Assembly: GCA_017962745.1 (NCBI GenBank)
Contig: JAGCUR010000003.1
Span: forward strand, 459-64,458
Origin: Bacilli bacterium
GTDB lineage: Bacteria; Bacillota_I; Bacilli_A; ML615J-28; CAG-698
DNA length: 64,000 nt
Direction of reading: 5' to 3'
Shown here: positions 8,571-20,552 of the stretch, piece after piece
How positions within the stretch are numbered: the first letter of the stretch is position 1
Layout of the letters: each line of letters starts with the position of its first letter
The notes under the pieces: generated by a model
Told to the model about the DNA's origin: nothing
Seen by the model: the letters and a program-made list of their open reading frames with translations, nothing else
The model's database searches: none
Translations under genes and position numbers: made by a program

Positions 8571-10442
8571 TTAATTTATTTTAAATATTATTGAGCCATC
8601 AACTTGAACAGTGGAATAAGATCCACTCAAATGCGCCTTTTGCATAGCGCTATGGATTGCACTGCTTATACTAGTGTCTCCATTATAATAGAAATCAATT
8701 GTTCTTGAACTATCATGTAAGCTATAAAAATAAGCTAAGATATCTGCTAACTCATCGATATCATCAATACAGAAATCATGAGTTAGACCGTTATATGTAT
8801 ATTTTAAATCATAGTAAATACTATATTCGCTATCAGCGATTAAGTTAGTATATTCGCTAGCTGTGTATTTTGAAGAATAATATTCATCATTACACATAAA
8901 CACGCGATGAGTTAACATTTCTTTATCGCCAACAGATACACCACCACCAGTGGCATCAACGATATACCATCTACCATTAAGTCTTACTTTATTCCAAGCA
9001 TGGCCAACACCATTTAGGTTAGCAGTACCACTAACTTGGACGCATTCAATACCTTCAATGCGGGCCATTACCATAAAGGCTTTTGAGATACCATCGCATA
9101 CTGCGCGGTGATCTTCAAAGACACCTTCTAAATAAAAGCCTTTATATTTTCTTAAGTCTTCACCATTATTAATTACATAATTTAATAATGTCTTATCATA
9201 AGTAACATTTGCAATTAACCATTCATAAATAGCATGCAACTTTTCAATATCGCTATAGTATTCATCATCAACCAGTGTTGATAGCACAAGCTTAGCTGCT
9301 TCATACATTCTTTTAGCGCTGCAAGAGTCACTAGTAAATATTGGCTTATATCCTCTTTCTAAAACATAACATAACTGATCTGAATCAGTTACAGCATATG
9401 TATTAGTAACCTTATCAATTGGAAATTCGCTTCTGGCATCACATACAGTAGGCATTTGTACACACACAAATGGAACTTGTGTGTATTCATCTACAGCTGA
9501 TGCTGATGTAGTTGCCATTTCTGGATAAGCAAATGTCGTAGTTAACTGATTGCCTTCTAAATGGAAATTGAAATTGCATGTAGCAGATATCTTTCTTTTA
9601 GCCATACCACCATCAACTAAAGCACTGAATTCTTCATTGCTTGATGGTGGATTAGTTAATGTTAATACTAATGAAGTTAATTTATTTAAAACTGCATAAT
9701 CTAAATAAAGGGCATATTCATCTGCGTTAGCAATAGTTAAACTTGAAAAGTCCATTGCTAAGATGTATGGATCAATTATTTCACTACTAAATGTACCTTC
9801 ATTATAAGATACATTATCGTTATGACTCCATTTAGCATATAACGTAATATTAGATGTAATTACCGAATTAAAATCAAATGGAGTAGTTAAAGCTGAATCA
9901 GTGAACCATCCTTCAAAACTATAATTATTTCTTCCTGGATTAGTCGGTGCTGTAATCTTGCCATCAACTGTTTGTTTACTTTCTACGGCAGATCCACCAT
10001 TTGAATCAAATGTAACAGTATAGCCAGTTGGTGTTTGGCTTCCGCCACCACCTTGGCCTTCACCGCTGCCACCTTCACCACCTTGAGACTGGCCACCTTG
10101 GCCTTCGCCACTGCCGCCTTCACCGCCTTGGCTACCGCCACCATCTCCACTTGGTGTAGAACCCTTTTCAGTCCATTTTGCATATAATGTAATATTTTGA
10201 TCTATTTTATTTTTGAAATCAAATTCTTGGGTAAGCTCTGAATCAATATACCAGCCAGCAAATTCAAAACCTTCTTTAGTAGGTTCAGTTGGACGAGCAA
10301 CATAACCTGCTGTTGTTTTATCTTTTATAGCGGAGCCCCCATTTACCTCAAACGTTACCTTATACATCGTAATGTTACATCCTACTAGTAATAATAAGGT
10401 AAGTAATACTAGTGTATTAAGTAATATCTTTTTAATTTTCAT
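8571..10442 (-). CDS. Lipoprotein with two Listeria-Bacteroides (Flg_new) repeats, a Gly-rich linker and a C-terminal transglutaminase-like cysteine protease core
   Basis: Lipobox LVGC. Two copies of the pattern Y.VTF..NGGS...........P..P...GY.F.GW..D..L...FDF...I..NITLYAKW. Cys/His/Asp core AVCDGISKAF...GHAWNKV...WYIVDAT. Confidence 0.8.
   Translation of the reverse strand: MKIKKILLNTLVLLTLLLLVGCNITMYKVTFEVNGGSAIKDKTTAGYVARPTEPTKEGFEFAGWYIDSELTQEFDFKNKIDQNITLYAKWTEKGSTPSGDGGGSQGGEGGSGEGQGGQSQGGEGGSGEGQGGGGSQTPTGYTVTFDSNGGSAVESKQTVDGKITAPTNPGRNNYSFEGWFTDSALTTPFDFNSVITSNITLYAKWSHNDNVSYNEGTFSSEIIDPYILAMDFSSLTIANADEYALYLDYAVLNKLTSLVLTLTNPPSSNEEFSALVDGGMAKRKISATCNFNFHLEGNQLTTTFAYPEMATTSASAVDEYTQVPFVCVQMPTVCDARSEFPIDKVTNTYAVTDSDQLCYVLERGYKPIFTSDSCSAKRMYEAAKLVLSTLVDDEYYSDIEKLHAIYEWLIANVTYDKTLLNYVINNGEDLRKYKGFYLEGVFEDHRAVCDGISKAFMVMARIEGIECVQVSGTANLNGVGHAWNKVRLNGRWYIVDATGGGVSVGDKEMLTHRVFMCNDEYYSSKYTASEYTNLIADSEYSIYYDLKYTYNGLTHDFCIDDIDELADILAYFYSLHDSSRTIDFYYNGDTSISSAIHSAMQKAHLSGSYSTVQVDGSIIFKIN
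10046..10135. repeat. Imperfect 45-bp tandem duplication encoding the Gly-rich linker (QGGEGGSGEGQGGQS x2)
   Basis: ccttggccttcRccRctgccRccttcaccRccttg recurs at a 45-bp offset (10051-10085 and 10096-10130). It is locally GC-rich in an AT-rich genome. Confidence 0.7.
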
Positions 10443-10458
10443 TATTCCTCCACCAATT

Positions 10459-10488
10459 AAAAAACTGCTAATGATATAGCAGTTTTTT
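10459..10488 (-). terminator. Hairpin terminator directly after ftsZ
   Basis: aactgcta/atgata/tagcagtt (10463-10484) with a minus-strand T-run (10459-10464). It overlaps the ftsZ stop codon. Confidence 0.5.
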
Positions 10489-11566
10489 ATTTGAATCTAC
10501 TCTTTAACCAATCAGGGATTGATTCGCCACTTTGTCTTTCAGTTTTGGTACCTGCTGTATCATCAATACCTAAATCACCTTGAACATCAAATGGAAGCGA
10601 TTCATCTTTATTTTCACTATCAAAGCCAGTAGCAATAACAGTAACAATTAGTTCACCTTCTAGGTCTACATTAAATCCTGTACCCATAACGATATCGATA
10701 TCAGGGCTTGATGCATTTCTGATTTCATTGTTGATGTCAAACATTTCTTGCATTGTGATATCAATATCACTAGTTACGAAGACGATGGCATCAGTTGCAC
10801 CAGAAATATCAATTTCAAGAAGTGGACTTCTAATTGCTTTTCTAGCTGCTTCAATTGCACGGTTTGGTCCATTAGCAATACCAATACCCATTAAAGCAGT
10901 ACCTTTATTCTTCATTACATTCTTAACATCCGCGAAGTCTACATTGATTAAACCAGGGATTGTAACGATTTCGGCGATACCTTGAACACCACGACGAAGT
11001 ACGTTGTCTACTTCGCGGAATGATTCAAGCATTGTTAAGCTACGATCAGCCATAGTTAATAATTTATCATTAGGTACAACGATTAGTGTATCTACTAATG
11101 GTTTTAGCTCAGCTAAACCTTTAGCAGCTTGAACTTGACGTTTACGTCCTTCAAATGTAAATGGTTTAGTAACAATACCAACAGTTAAGCATCCGCATTC
11201 TTTCGCAATACGAGCTACAACTGGTGCTGCACCAGTTCCAGTTCCACCACCCATACCAGCAGTGATGAAGATCATATCACTACCATTAACAATTTCACGA
11301 ATATCTTCTTCGTTTTCTTCAGCGGCTTTTCTTCCGATTTCAGGGTCAGCTCCTGCTCCTAGTCCTCTTGTTAATACTTTACCAAGTTGAAGTCTGCGGT
11401 CAGCTTTAGCTAAACGTAATACTTGGGCATCTGTATTCATAGTTACGAATTCTACACCCTTAACATCATTTTCAATCATTCTGTTAACAGCGTTTCCTCC
11501 GCCTCCACCAACACCAATGACCTTTATAATTGGTTTTTCATTAAATGAGTCTTGTCCGTACATCAC
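10487..11566 (-). CDS. ftsZ: Cell division protein FtsZ
   Basis: Tubulin signature [13 protein letters not shown] and N-terminal [15 protein letters not shown]. Confidence 0.97.
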   Translation of the reverse strand: MMYGQDSFNEKPIIKVIGVGGGGGNAVNRMIENDVKGVEFVTMNTDAQVLRLAKADRRLQLGKVLTRGLGAGADPEIGRKAAEENEEDIREIVNGSDMIFITAGMGGGTGTGAAPVVARIAKECGCLTVGIVTKPFTFEGRKRQVQAAKGLAELKPLVDTLIVVPNDKLLTMADRSLTMLESFREVDNVLRRGVQGIAEIVTIPGLINVDFADVKNVMKNKGTALMGIGIANGPNRAIEAARKAIRSPLLEIDISGATDAIVFVTSDIDITMQEMFDINNEIRNASSPDIDIVMGTGFNVDLEGELIVTVIATGFDSENKDESLPFDVQGDLGIDDTAGTKTERQSGESIPDWLKSRFK

Positions 11567-11647
11567 AAAACCTCCTAAATTTTATAATCACACTTTTTTT
11601 CATTATAACATAGATTTTAAAAAAATAAAATGTATTTTACATAAAAT

Positions 11648-12442
11648 CTAATTTGCGGCGTTGGCGCTTCGTACTTGGTCCTTATTTTTCTTCTTTTCAA
11701 TTAAAGCTTTTACGCCATAATAGATTAAATAAATAGCGTTGCACATCGCAAAAATAATAACAAACATCAAAAATGGCATCAGATATGGGCTCACTCCAAA
11801 TGATGATCCGGTTGTGAAGAACCAATCATAATGGCTAACACCAGGAATTGAATATGCATGGTTTGCTCCTAGTGAAATTAATATTAGAGCAACAATCATA
11901 ATCGCTTCCACATATATCTTTTTATATTCTAACTTATTAGCTCCATACACAAGGGCTAATACACCATATGTAAATAATACGCCATGATAAGTAAATGTTT
12001 GTAACATTCTATAGCTAAACGCTTTAACACCAGGGCCTACTGCTCCATTAGGGCAAGTTAAATACATTAAAGCACCAACTAGGCCAAGTACTGTTACAGC
12101 GTTAGCTATTCTTTTAGTCTTGTTAGCAAATATTCTAGTAATTGCAATCATTGGGCAAGACAAAGTACAAATATGGAATGGTAGTTTATCCACATTTAGC
12201 GTATCTGCATTGTACATAAATGGATGTACAAAGAAATCACCTAAATATAAACATACTAAAACTATTGCATAAATATCTAATACTTTCTTTTTAGAGGCTT
12301 CTTCTTTATCTTTAAATAAAAAGATCATTAAAATAGTTACCCCAATTATTATTAAAAAGTATAAAATATGGAAAAACCCAAATAATGTAATATCTGGTCC
12401 GAATGTATCATCTTTAAATATATTAATTAAAATCTCTCTCAT
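11648..12442 (-). CDS. Polytopic membrane protein, YwaF/TIGR02206-like (tentative)
   Basis: About 7 hydrophobic segments. The LPFHICTLS motif resembles the LPLxLCS motif I recall for the YwaF family. It lies in tandem with a similar gene. Confidence 0.5.
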   Translation of the reverse strand: MREILINIFKDDTFGPDITLFGFFHILYFLIIIGVTILMIFLFKDKEEASKKKVLDIYAIVLVCLYLGDFFVHPFMYNADTLNVDKLPFHICTLSCPMIAITRIFANKTKRIANAVTVLGLVGALMYLTCPNGAVGPGVKAFSYRMLQTFTYHGVLFTYGVLALVYGANKLEYKKIYVEAIMIVALILISLGANHAYSIPGVSHYDWFFTTGSSFGVSPYLMPFLMFVIIFAMCNAIYLIYYGVKALIEKKKNKDQVRSANAAN

Positions 12443-13172
12443 TTTCTTCTTTCTTTCCTATTTTTCTAAACCATGCATCTTCTTTGTAACGTAAAGCTTC
12501 GTAAATAGTAGTAAATGCAAAGTATAAAGCAAGGCCTACTAAACTAATGGTATAAAAACTAGCAAATGGATATTCTGCGTTAGGCCTTAAAAACATCCCG
12601 TTAACAGTATCACGCCCCATTAGTATTAATATTTGGTTTGATACAACTGAACAAAGTATTAATATACATGCACCAATTAATAACGCTGTTAAGTTTTTAA
12701 TTGTATCAATTTTAATATAACCAAATAAACCAATATATAATGAAGAAAAGATTAGCGTTACATGACTTAATAATCCTTTTAATACTGAATAATCACTAAA
12801 GTGAGGATAAGCTAAAAAGTTAGTGTTAAAACATAAACCAATGATTCCACACACTGTCCCTACATACATTGAAAATGTAGCAAAGATTCTAAAGGCTTTG
12901 CCTTTTTTAATGATTAAAAAGCATAAGGCTAAGTTTACCCACATCATTACATTACATGGATATACTGGTAAAAATAAATTATCTTCAATAAAATAATCAC
13001 CATTTCTAAACTTAACAATTAATCCACTGTAGTGGATTAAAACAGTTAAGATAGCTGATATTATAAAATATAAGTCTAATCTTCTTTCATTCTTTTCAAA
13101 TCTCTTTATTACACACATTATTAAAATAATTAATATTAAACTTACAATTGAAAATATACTAAGTTTTAACAT
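12423..13172 (-). CDS. Polytopic membrane protein, probable paralog of the downstream gene
   Basis: Similar length and topology to its neighbour. Analogous LPVYPCNVM motif. Its stop overlaps the next start by 20 nt. Confidence 0.5.
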   Translation of the reverse strand: MLKLSIFSIVSLILIILIMCVIKRFEKNERRLDLYFIISAILTVLIHYSGLIVKFRNGDYFIEDNLFLPVYPCNVMMWVNLALCFLIIKKGKAFRIFATFSMYVGTVCGIIGLCFNTNFLAYPHFSDYSVLKGLLSHVTLIFSSLYIGLFGYIKIDTIKNLTALLIGACILILCSVVSNQILILMGRDTVNGMFLRPNAEYPFASFYTISLVGLALYFAFTTIYEALRYKEDAWFRKIGKKEENERDFN

Positions 13173-13174
13173 AA

Positions 13175-15185
<2,011 letters not shown>

Positions 15186-16208
15186 CTAGTAAATAAACAT
15201 TGCATCGCCAAAAGAAAAGAATCGATACTTTTCTTTTACCGCTTCATTATAAGCATTAATGATAATGTCGCGGCTAGCGAAAGCACTAACTAACATAATT
15301 AATGTAGATTTTGGCAAATGGAAATTAGTAATTAGTCCATCAATTGCCTTAAATTCATATCCTGGATAAATAAAGATATTAGTATCTTCTTTACATGCTT
15401 TAAAACAACCATATTTAGAATATATTGATTCTAAGGTTCTAGTTGAAGTGGTTCCTACACTAATAATTCTTTTATGCATCTGTTTAGCAAGATTAAGCTT
15501 TTTAGCTACAGCTTCACTCATTTCGTAAGATTCAGAGTGCATGTGATGATCTTCAATATTATCTACACTTACTGGCCTAAATGTACCTAAGCCAACATGT
15601 AAAGTAACATATAAGATCTCAACCCCATTTTTAACTAACGTATCTAAGAGTTCTTTTGTGAAATGAAAACCAGCAGTTGGGGCTGCTGCACTACCGACAT
15701 GTTTTGCATAAACTGTTTGGTAGCGACTATTATCTTTAAGCTTTTCATGAATGTAAGGAGGTAGTGGCATTTCCCCAATTTCTTCTAATCTTTCTAAGAA
15801 GATGCCTTTGTAGTTAAACTTAACTACACATATACCTTCTTCTTTTTTCTCTAAGACAGTAGCCGTAAAATCATCTTTGAATTTAATAACGGTACCAATA
15901 TTAATTCGGCGTGCTGGTCTTACTAAACATTCATAAACATCTTTTGCGGTTTCTTTTAGTAAAAGTAGTTCAATATTAGCATTAGTATCAACTTTATTAC
16001 CATAAATTCTTGATGGTACTACTTTAGTATCGTTTAATACAAGTACGTCATTTTTACCTAAGTAATTAACGATATTATAGAACTTCTCATGGGTGATGCT
16101 ACCGCTTTTGCGGTTTAACATCATTAATCGCGAATCACTTCTTTTTTCCAGCGGCGTTTGCGCGATTAATTCTTCGGGTAGGTTATAATCAAAATAGTCG
16201 ACTCTCAT
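15186..16208 (-). CDS. queA: S-adenosylmethionine:tRNA ribosyltransferase-isomerase
   Basis: [24 protein letters not shown] start, PTAGFHFT, and the [10 protein letters not shown] ending. Confidence 0.95.
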   Translation of the reverse strand: MRVDYFDYNLPEELIAQTPLEKRSDSRLMMLNRKSGSITHEKFYNIVNYLGKNDVLVLNDTKVVPSRIYGNKVDTNANIELLLLKETAKDVYECLVRPARRINIGTVIKFKDDFTATVLEKKEEGICVVKFNYKGIFLERLEEIGEMPLPPYIHEKLKDNSRYQTVYAKHVGSAAAPTAGFHFTKELLDTLVKNGVEILYVTLHVGLGTFRPVSVDNIEDHHMHSESYEMSEAVAKKLNLAKQMHKRIISVGTTSTRTLESIYSKYGCFKACKEDTNIFIYPGYEFKAIDGLITNFHLPKSTLIMLVSAFASRDIIINAYNEAVKEKYRFFSFGDAMFIY

Positions 16209-17205
16209 AACTATACCCTAAATGTTGTCTAGCTTTTTCGGTAACCATTCTACCTCTAGCTGTACGAACGATAAATCCTTCTTGAAGCAAGTATGGTTCG
16301 TATACATCTTCTAGAGTGATTGCTTCTTCACCAATCGAAGCCGCAATCGAATTTAAGCCAACTGGGCCACCCTTAAATTTTTCAATAATTGTCTTTAAGT
16401 AATCGTGGTCAGTTTTATTTAAGCCTAGTGAATCGATATCAAGTTTTTTAAGTGCCATCATTGTAATATCTAATTCAATTACGCTAGAATTTGGATTAAC
16501 GTATTGGTTAAAGTCTCTAACTCTTCTAAATAATCTGTTAGCAATACGCGGTGTACCTCTACTACGTCTTGCAATTTCATAAGCGGCATCGCTTGTGATA
16601 TCGTAATTATAAATCTTCGATGTACGCATAATTATTTTAGCTAAGTCATCCGCATTATAATAATTGATTTGACTAACGATTCCAAAACGATCTCTTAAAG
16701 GAGAAGCAATGTCTCCACATCTTGTAGTTGCCCCAATTAGTGTAAATGGCGGCAAATCTAGTTTGATAGTAGATGCCGTAGAATCTTTACCAACGATGAT
16801 ATCGATTGAGTAATCTTCCATCGCACTATATAGTACTTCTTCAATTACTTTTGGTAAACGGTGAATCTCATCAATAAATAATACATCTCCTGCTTCTAAG
16901 CTAGATAGAATTGCTGCTAGGTCGCCAACTCGCTTTAAAGAAGGAGCAGCGACGCTTTTAATGTTAGTTTGCATTTCATTAGCAATGATATGCGCCATAG
17001 TCGTTTTACCTAATCCTGGAGGACCATATAGTAATACATGGTCTAAGCATTCTTCTCTTTTAATTGCTGTTTGAATAAAAACATGTAACATTTCTTTCAT
17101 GTTTTCTTGGCCAACATAATCAGCTAACTTCTGCGGCCTTAGCGTTGCATCCGCTTCATCAATTGTATTAAGTTTGTTAATTAAATTAGTATCGATGTTT
17201 TCCAT
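16189..17205 (-). CDS. ruvB: Holliday junction branch migration helicase RuvB
   Basis: Walker [18 protein letters not shown] and RTARGR. Confidence 0.95.
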   Translation of the reverse strand: MENIDTNLINKLNTIDEADATLRPQKLADYVGQENMKEMLHVFIQTAIKREECLDHVLLYGPPGLGKTTMAHIIANEMQTNIKSVAAPSLKRVGDLAAILSSLEAGDVLFIDEIHRLPKVIEEVLYSAMEDYSIDIIVGKDSTASTIKLDLPPFTLIGATTRCGDIASPLRDRFGIVSQINYYNADDLAKIIMRTSKIYNYDITSDAAYEIARRSRGTPRIANRLFRRVRDFNQYVNPNSSVIELDITMMALKKLDIDSLGLNKTDHDYLKTIIEKFKGGPVGLNSIAASIGEEAITLEDVYEPYLLQEGFIVRTARGRMVTEKARQHLGYSYESRLF

Positions 17206-17225
17206 GTAATACCTTCCTTAATTCT

Positions 17226-17254
17226 TTGCAAATTTATAATCTATAATATATAAT
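17226..17254 (+). promoter_or_regulatory. Sigma-A-type promoter for ruvA
   Basis: TTGCAA (17226-17231), a 17-nt spacer, then TATAAT (17249-17254). RBS GTGAGGT precedes the ATG at 17280. Confidence 0.4.
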
Positions 17255-17279
17255 GTTAATGTAAATAGTGAGGTAATTT

Positions 17280-17840
17280 ATGTACAATCATATCATTGGC
17301 GTCGTTAGTGAAGTAACTCCTAACGCTATCATTTTAGAAAATAACGGCATCGGATATATTATTAGGACACCAAATCCATATTCATACCAAGTAGGCGAAA
17401 AACTAAAGATTTATACGCACCTACATGTTCGCGAAGATGCATATGAATTATATGGATTTAAAACTGCTGATATGCGTAACCTATTTTTAGAATTAATATC
17501 TGTTCGTGGTATTGGCCCTAAAAGTGCTCTAGCCATCATTGCTAATGATGACCCCGCAAGCCTGCGTGCAGCAATCAACAATAGCGATGCGAAATACTTA
17601 CAAAAGTTCCCAGGCATCGGCCCTAAAGCTAGTGGCCAAATCATCCTAGACTTAAGAGGTAAACTAGCTAAAGAAGCAGAAACCAGCCCGGCTCACCCAA
17701 CAGTTAGAACTGTTAAGGATGCGCTTAAGTCTTTAGGCTATTCCGCTCAAGAACTTAAAAAACTAGATCCATTCTTAAATGATCATTTGAATGATACAAT
17801 TGAATCATTAATCAAAGAATCATTAAAGAGATTAGTATAA
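17280..17840 (+). CDS. ruvA: Holliday junction DNA-binding protein RuvA
   Basis: MYNHIIGVV...GIGY.I, with HhH motifs VRGIGPKSALAI and FPGIGPKASGQIILDL. Confidence 0.9.
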   Translation: MYNHIIGVVSEVTPNAIILENNGIGYIIRTPNPYSYQVGEKLKIYTHLHVREDAYELYGFKTADMRNLFLELISVRGIGPKSALAIIANDDPASLRAAINNSDAKYLQKFPGIGPKASGQIILDLRGKLAKEAETSPAHPTVRTVKDALKSLGYSAQELKKLDPFLNDHLNDTIESLIKESLKRLV

Positions 17841-17875
17841 ACTAACAATAGTACTAACTATTGTTAGTTTTTTTA
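17836..17875. terminator. Bidirectional terminator (ruvA / coiled-coil gene)
   Basis: 11-bp stem actaacaatag/tactaa/ctattgttagt (17841-17868) flanked by A- and T-runs. Confidence 0.7.
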
Positions 17876-19140
17876 CACATTAATTTTTTAGTTTGTTCTT
17901 CTATCTCAATATGTTTAATATGATTTTTATATTCAGTATCTATTCTCTTTGTTTCACTTTCTACTAAATTATCATATTTGTCATTAATTAACTTTGGCTT
18001 TCTTTTAATAACAGCCATTGTTTTTTTAAAGTCATTAACTTCTACTAAATAACCTTTAGTATAAGTATTAGCATAATCATTCTTTTCTTGAATTAGACTA
18101 TCAATACTATCTAGGTATTCTTTCTTAGCTAATTTTTTAGCACTATCAACTTCACTAGTTTTTACTAAATACCATTCTTTATGAATAAGGATGGTATTTT
18201 CATCTTTATCATTTTCTAAATAAAGATTGTTAATAGCTGCATATGTCTTTTCTTTTAGCTTTTCAATATAAACTTTATTTTTATATTTCGTAGCAGCTAT
18301 ATTTAACATCGCATTATGATTAGTAAAATATTCTTCATCTCTTAAGCGGCTAGTCTCTTCTTTAATGATATGGCGTAAGTTTGCTACTTCTTCATCTTCT
18401 TTATTTTTTAAAGTCTCAATCTCACGTTTTAATTCTAATTTCTTTAAGACGAAGTTCTTTTCACTTTCATACTTAGTTGTATAATATTCTCTTTTTAGGT
18501 TAGCGATATTAGTAATGCCATCAAGGCGTAAATCGTAAATCTTTTGTTCTTCGATTAAATGACGGGCATCAATTTCTTCATCAGTAGCTGTGATTAGGTC
18601 AATTGGTTCTTCTTCATCTTTAATCTTAGGAGCTAGAATCGTATCATCAATTTTTCTAACTTCAGCTTTAGCTTTCTTTTCAGCTTCGCTAACTACACTA
18701 TTATATTCTTTTTCTAGTTTTACAATTTCAGCTTCTAAATGATTGATCTTATCAAGGCATTCTTTTTCTAAGGAAGCAATAGAGGCCTTTGCTTCATTGA
18801 TAACTTTATCAATTTGGCCTTTCTTTAATCTTAAAACTAAATTACGACTATTTAATATTTTTTTCTCTTCAGCTTCATCTGAGTGAGCCTTATTATATTT
18901 TTCAATATCTAAATCAAGTTTATCTAGAAGTTCTTTAACTTTAGTATCGGTTTCATTTGCAAGTTGATTATAATCATCTTCGCTAGAACTATCTAAAGCT
19001 TCTTCTTGAACTTCTTCTTCTATAGATTCTTCAGTTTCTACTTTAGGAGCGTCTTCAACTACTTCTTCGCTAGTTTTAACTTCAGCTTCTTCTTTAGAAG
19101 TATCTTCTATTAAATTTTCATTATAATCTTTTTCTTGCAT
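17854..19140 (-). CDS. Acidic, Lys/Glu-rich coiled-coil protein of unknown function
   Basis: 428 aa with heptad-like E/K-rich sequence throughout and no catalytic motifs. It lies 10 nt downstream of ffh. Confidence 0.6.
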   Translation of the reverse strand: MQEKDYNENLIEDTSKEEAEVKTSEEVVEDAPKVETEESIEEEVQEEALDSSSEDDYNQLANETDTKVKELLDKLDLDIEKYNKAHSDEAEEKKILNSRNLVLRLKKGQIDKVINEAKASIASLEKECLDKINHLEAEIVKLEKEYNSVVSEAEKKAKAEVRKIDDTILAPKIKDEEEPIDLITATDEEIDARHLIEEQKIYDLRLDGITNIANLKREYYTTKYESEKNFVLKKLELKREIETLKNKEDEEVANLRHIIKEETSRLRDEEYFTNHNAMLNIAATKYKNKVYIEKLKEKTYAAINNLYLENDKDENTILIHKEWYLVKTSEVDSAKKLAKKEYLDSIDSLIQEKNDYANTYTKGYLVEVNDFKKTMAVIKRKPKLINDKYDNLVESETKRIDTEYKNHIKHIEIEEQTKKLMCKKTNNS

Positions 19141-19150
19141 ATCTTACCTA

Positions 19151-20548
19151 CTATCTAATTCTAAAGTCGCCTCTACCTTTGCCTTTACCTTTTCTTGCTT
19201 TTTGCGTAGGCATCGGTGGACGGGCATTTGGTCCCATCTTTTCGGGGTCCATGCCAGCCATTTGCTTTAGACTATTTTTCATATCATCAAATTTACGCGT
19301 TAATGCATTAACTTCTTGATAACTTCTACCTGAGCCTTTGCATATACGATTTCTACGCGATGGACTCTTGGCAACTAAATCAGGGTTCTTTCTTTCCTTT
19401 GGTGTCATAGATGAAATGATAACTTCAATATTTGTGAATTGTTTATCATCAATATCTAAGTCTTTAAGTTTACTACCAAGACCAGGAATCATTGAAAGTA
19501 AACTCTTCATTGATCCCATTCGCTTTAACCACTTAAGTTGCTTTAAGAAGTCATTATAGTTATATGTACCTTTTTGAATCTTTTCCATGATCTTCATGGC
19601 TTCATCTTCATCGATGTTTTCGGTAGCTTTTTCAATTAAGCTAACTACATCACCCATACCTAAGATTCTATCTGCCATACGATCAGGATGGAATACTTCA
19701 ATTTGATCTAACTTTTCCCCAACACCAATAAACTTAATTGGAATGTTAGTTAAATATCTTACTGATAAAGCAGCACCGCCTCGAGTGTCACCATCCATTT
19801 TTGTTAAGATACAACCAGTAATTGGTAGTTTCTCGTTAAATGTCGTGATGACATTGATGGCATCTTGACCCATCATTGCATCAATTGTAAGTAAGATTTC
19901 ATTTGGATGAATCTTCTTTTCAATTTGATCAAGCTCATTCATCAGTGCTTCATCAATATGAAGACGACCAGCGGTATCGATGATAACTAAATCGTTATTC
20001 ATCTTCTTAGCGTATTTAATTCCATTTTCAACGATATCAACTACTTTTTTGTTAGTACCTTCTTGATAGACTTCAATACCTAACTGCTTTCCGACTTGAC
20101 ATAATTGGTCAATGGCAGCTGGTCGGTAAATGTCACCAGCGATAAGCAATGGTCTTTTCGCATCTTTTTTTCTTAAGTAAGATGCCAGTTTACCACAGTG
20201 TGTAGTTTTACCACCACCTTGTAAACCTACTAACATAATCGTAGATAGACCTGATGTTGAGTAATTAATTTTCGCTTCTTCATCACCCATTAATTTCTTT
20301 AACTCATCGTGAACAATCTTAACAACTTGATCACCAGGAGTTAGAGATTTCATGATCTTTTCGCCTAATGCTTTTTCTTTAACTTCGTTAACGAACATCT
20401 TAACGACTTTATAGTTAACATCGGCTTCAAGAAGCGATAATCTTACTTCTTTCATCATCTCATCGATATCATTTTCATTTAGACGTCCACGACCAGTGAT
20501 ACGTCTTAAGCTCATTTGGAGCTTTTCTGACAAACTTTCAAATGGCAT
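19151..20548 (-). CDS. ffh: Signal recognition particle protein Ffh
   Basis: GLQGGGKTT, DTAGR and TKMDGDTRGGAALS, plus a Met-rich M domain. Confidence 0.95.
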   Translation of the reverse strand: MPFESLSEKLQMSLRRITGRGRLNENDIDEMMKEVRLSLLEADVNYKVVKMFVNEVKEKALGEKIMKSLTPGDQVVKIVHDELKKLMGDEEAKINYSTSGLSTIMLVGLQGGGKTTHCGKLASYLRKKDAKRPLLIAGDIYRPAAIDQLCQVGKQLGIEVYQEGTNKKVVDIVENGIKYAKKMNNDLVIIDTAGRLHIDEALMNELDQIEKKIHPNEILLTIDAMMGQDAINVITTFNEKLPITGCILTKMDGDTRGGAALSVRYLTNIPIKFIGVGEKLDQIEVFHPDRMADRILGMGDVVSLIEKATENIDEDEAMKIMEKIQKGTYNYNDFLKQLKWLKRMGSMKSLLSMIPGLGSKLKDLDIDDKQFTNIEVIISSMTPKERKNPDLVAKSPSRRNRICKGSGRSYQEVNALTRKFDDMKNSLKQMAGMDPEKMGPNARPPMPTQKARKGKGKGRGDFRIR

Positions 20549-20552
20549 AGTT

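Noticed and set aside
10020-10140. Short GC-rich repeats as a possible CRISPR or minisatellite
   Set aside because: There are only two units with no spacers. They are in frame within a CDS and encode a Gly-rich linker.
9983-10183. 66-aa minus-strand ORF (alternative frame) in the Gly-rich repeat region
   Set aside because: It is an out-of-frame reading of the GC-rich linker repeat inside the 623-aa lipoprotein gene, giving an Ala/Val/Lys-rich artefact.
12186-12194. Perfect DnaA-box consensus TTATCCACA
   Set aside because: It is a single copy inside a membrane-protein CDS. There is no cluster, no AT-rich unwinding element and no dnaA/dnaN nearby.
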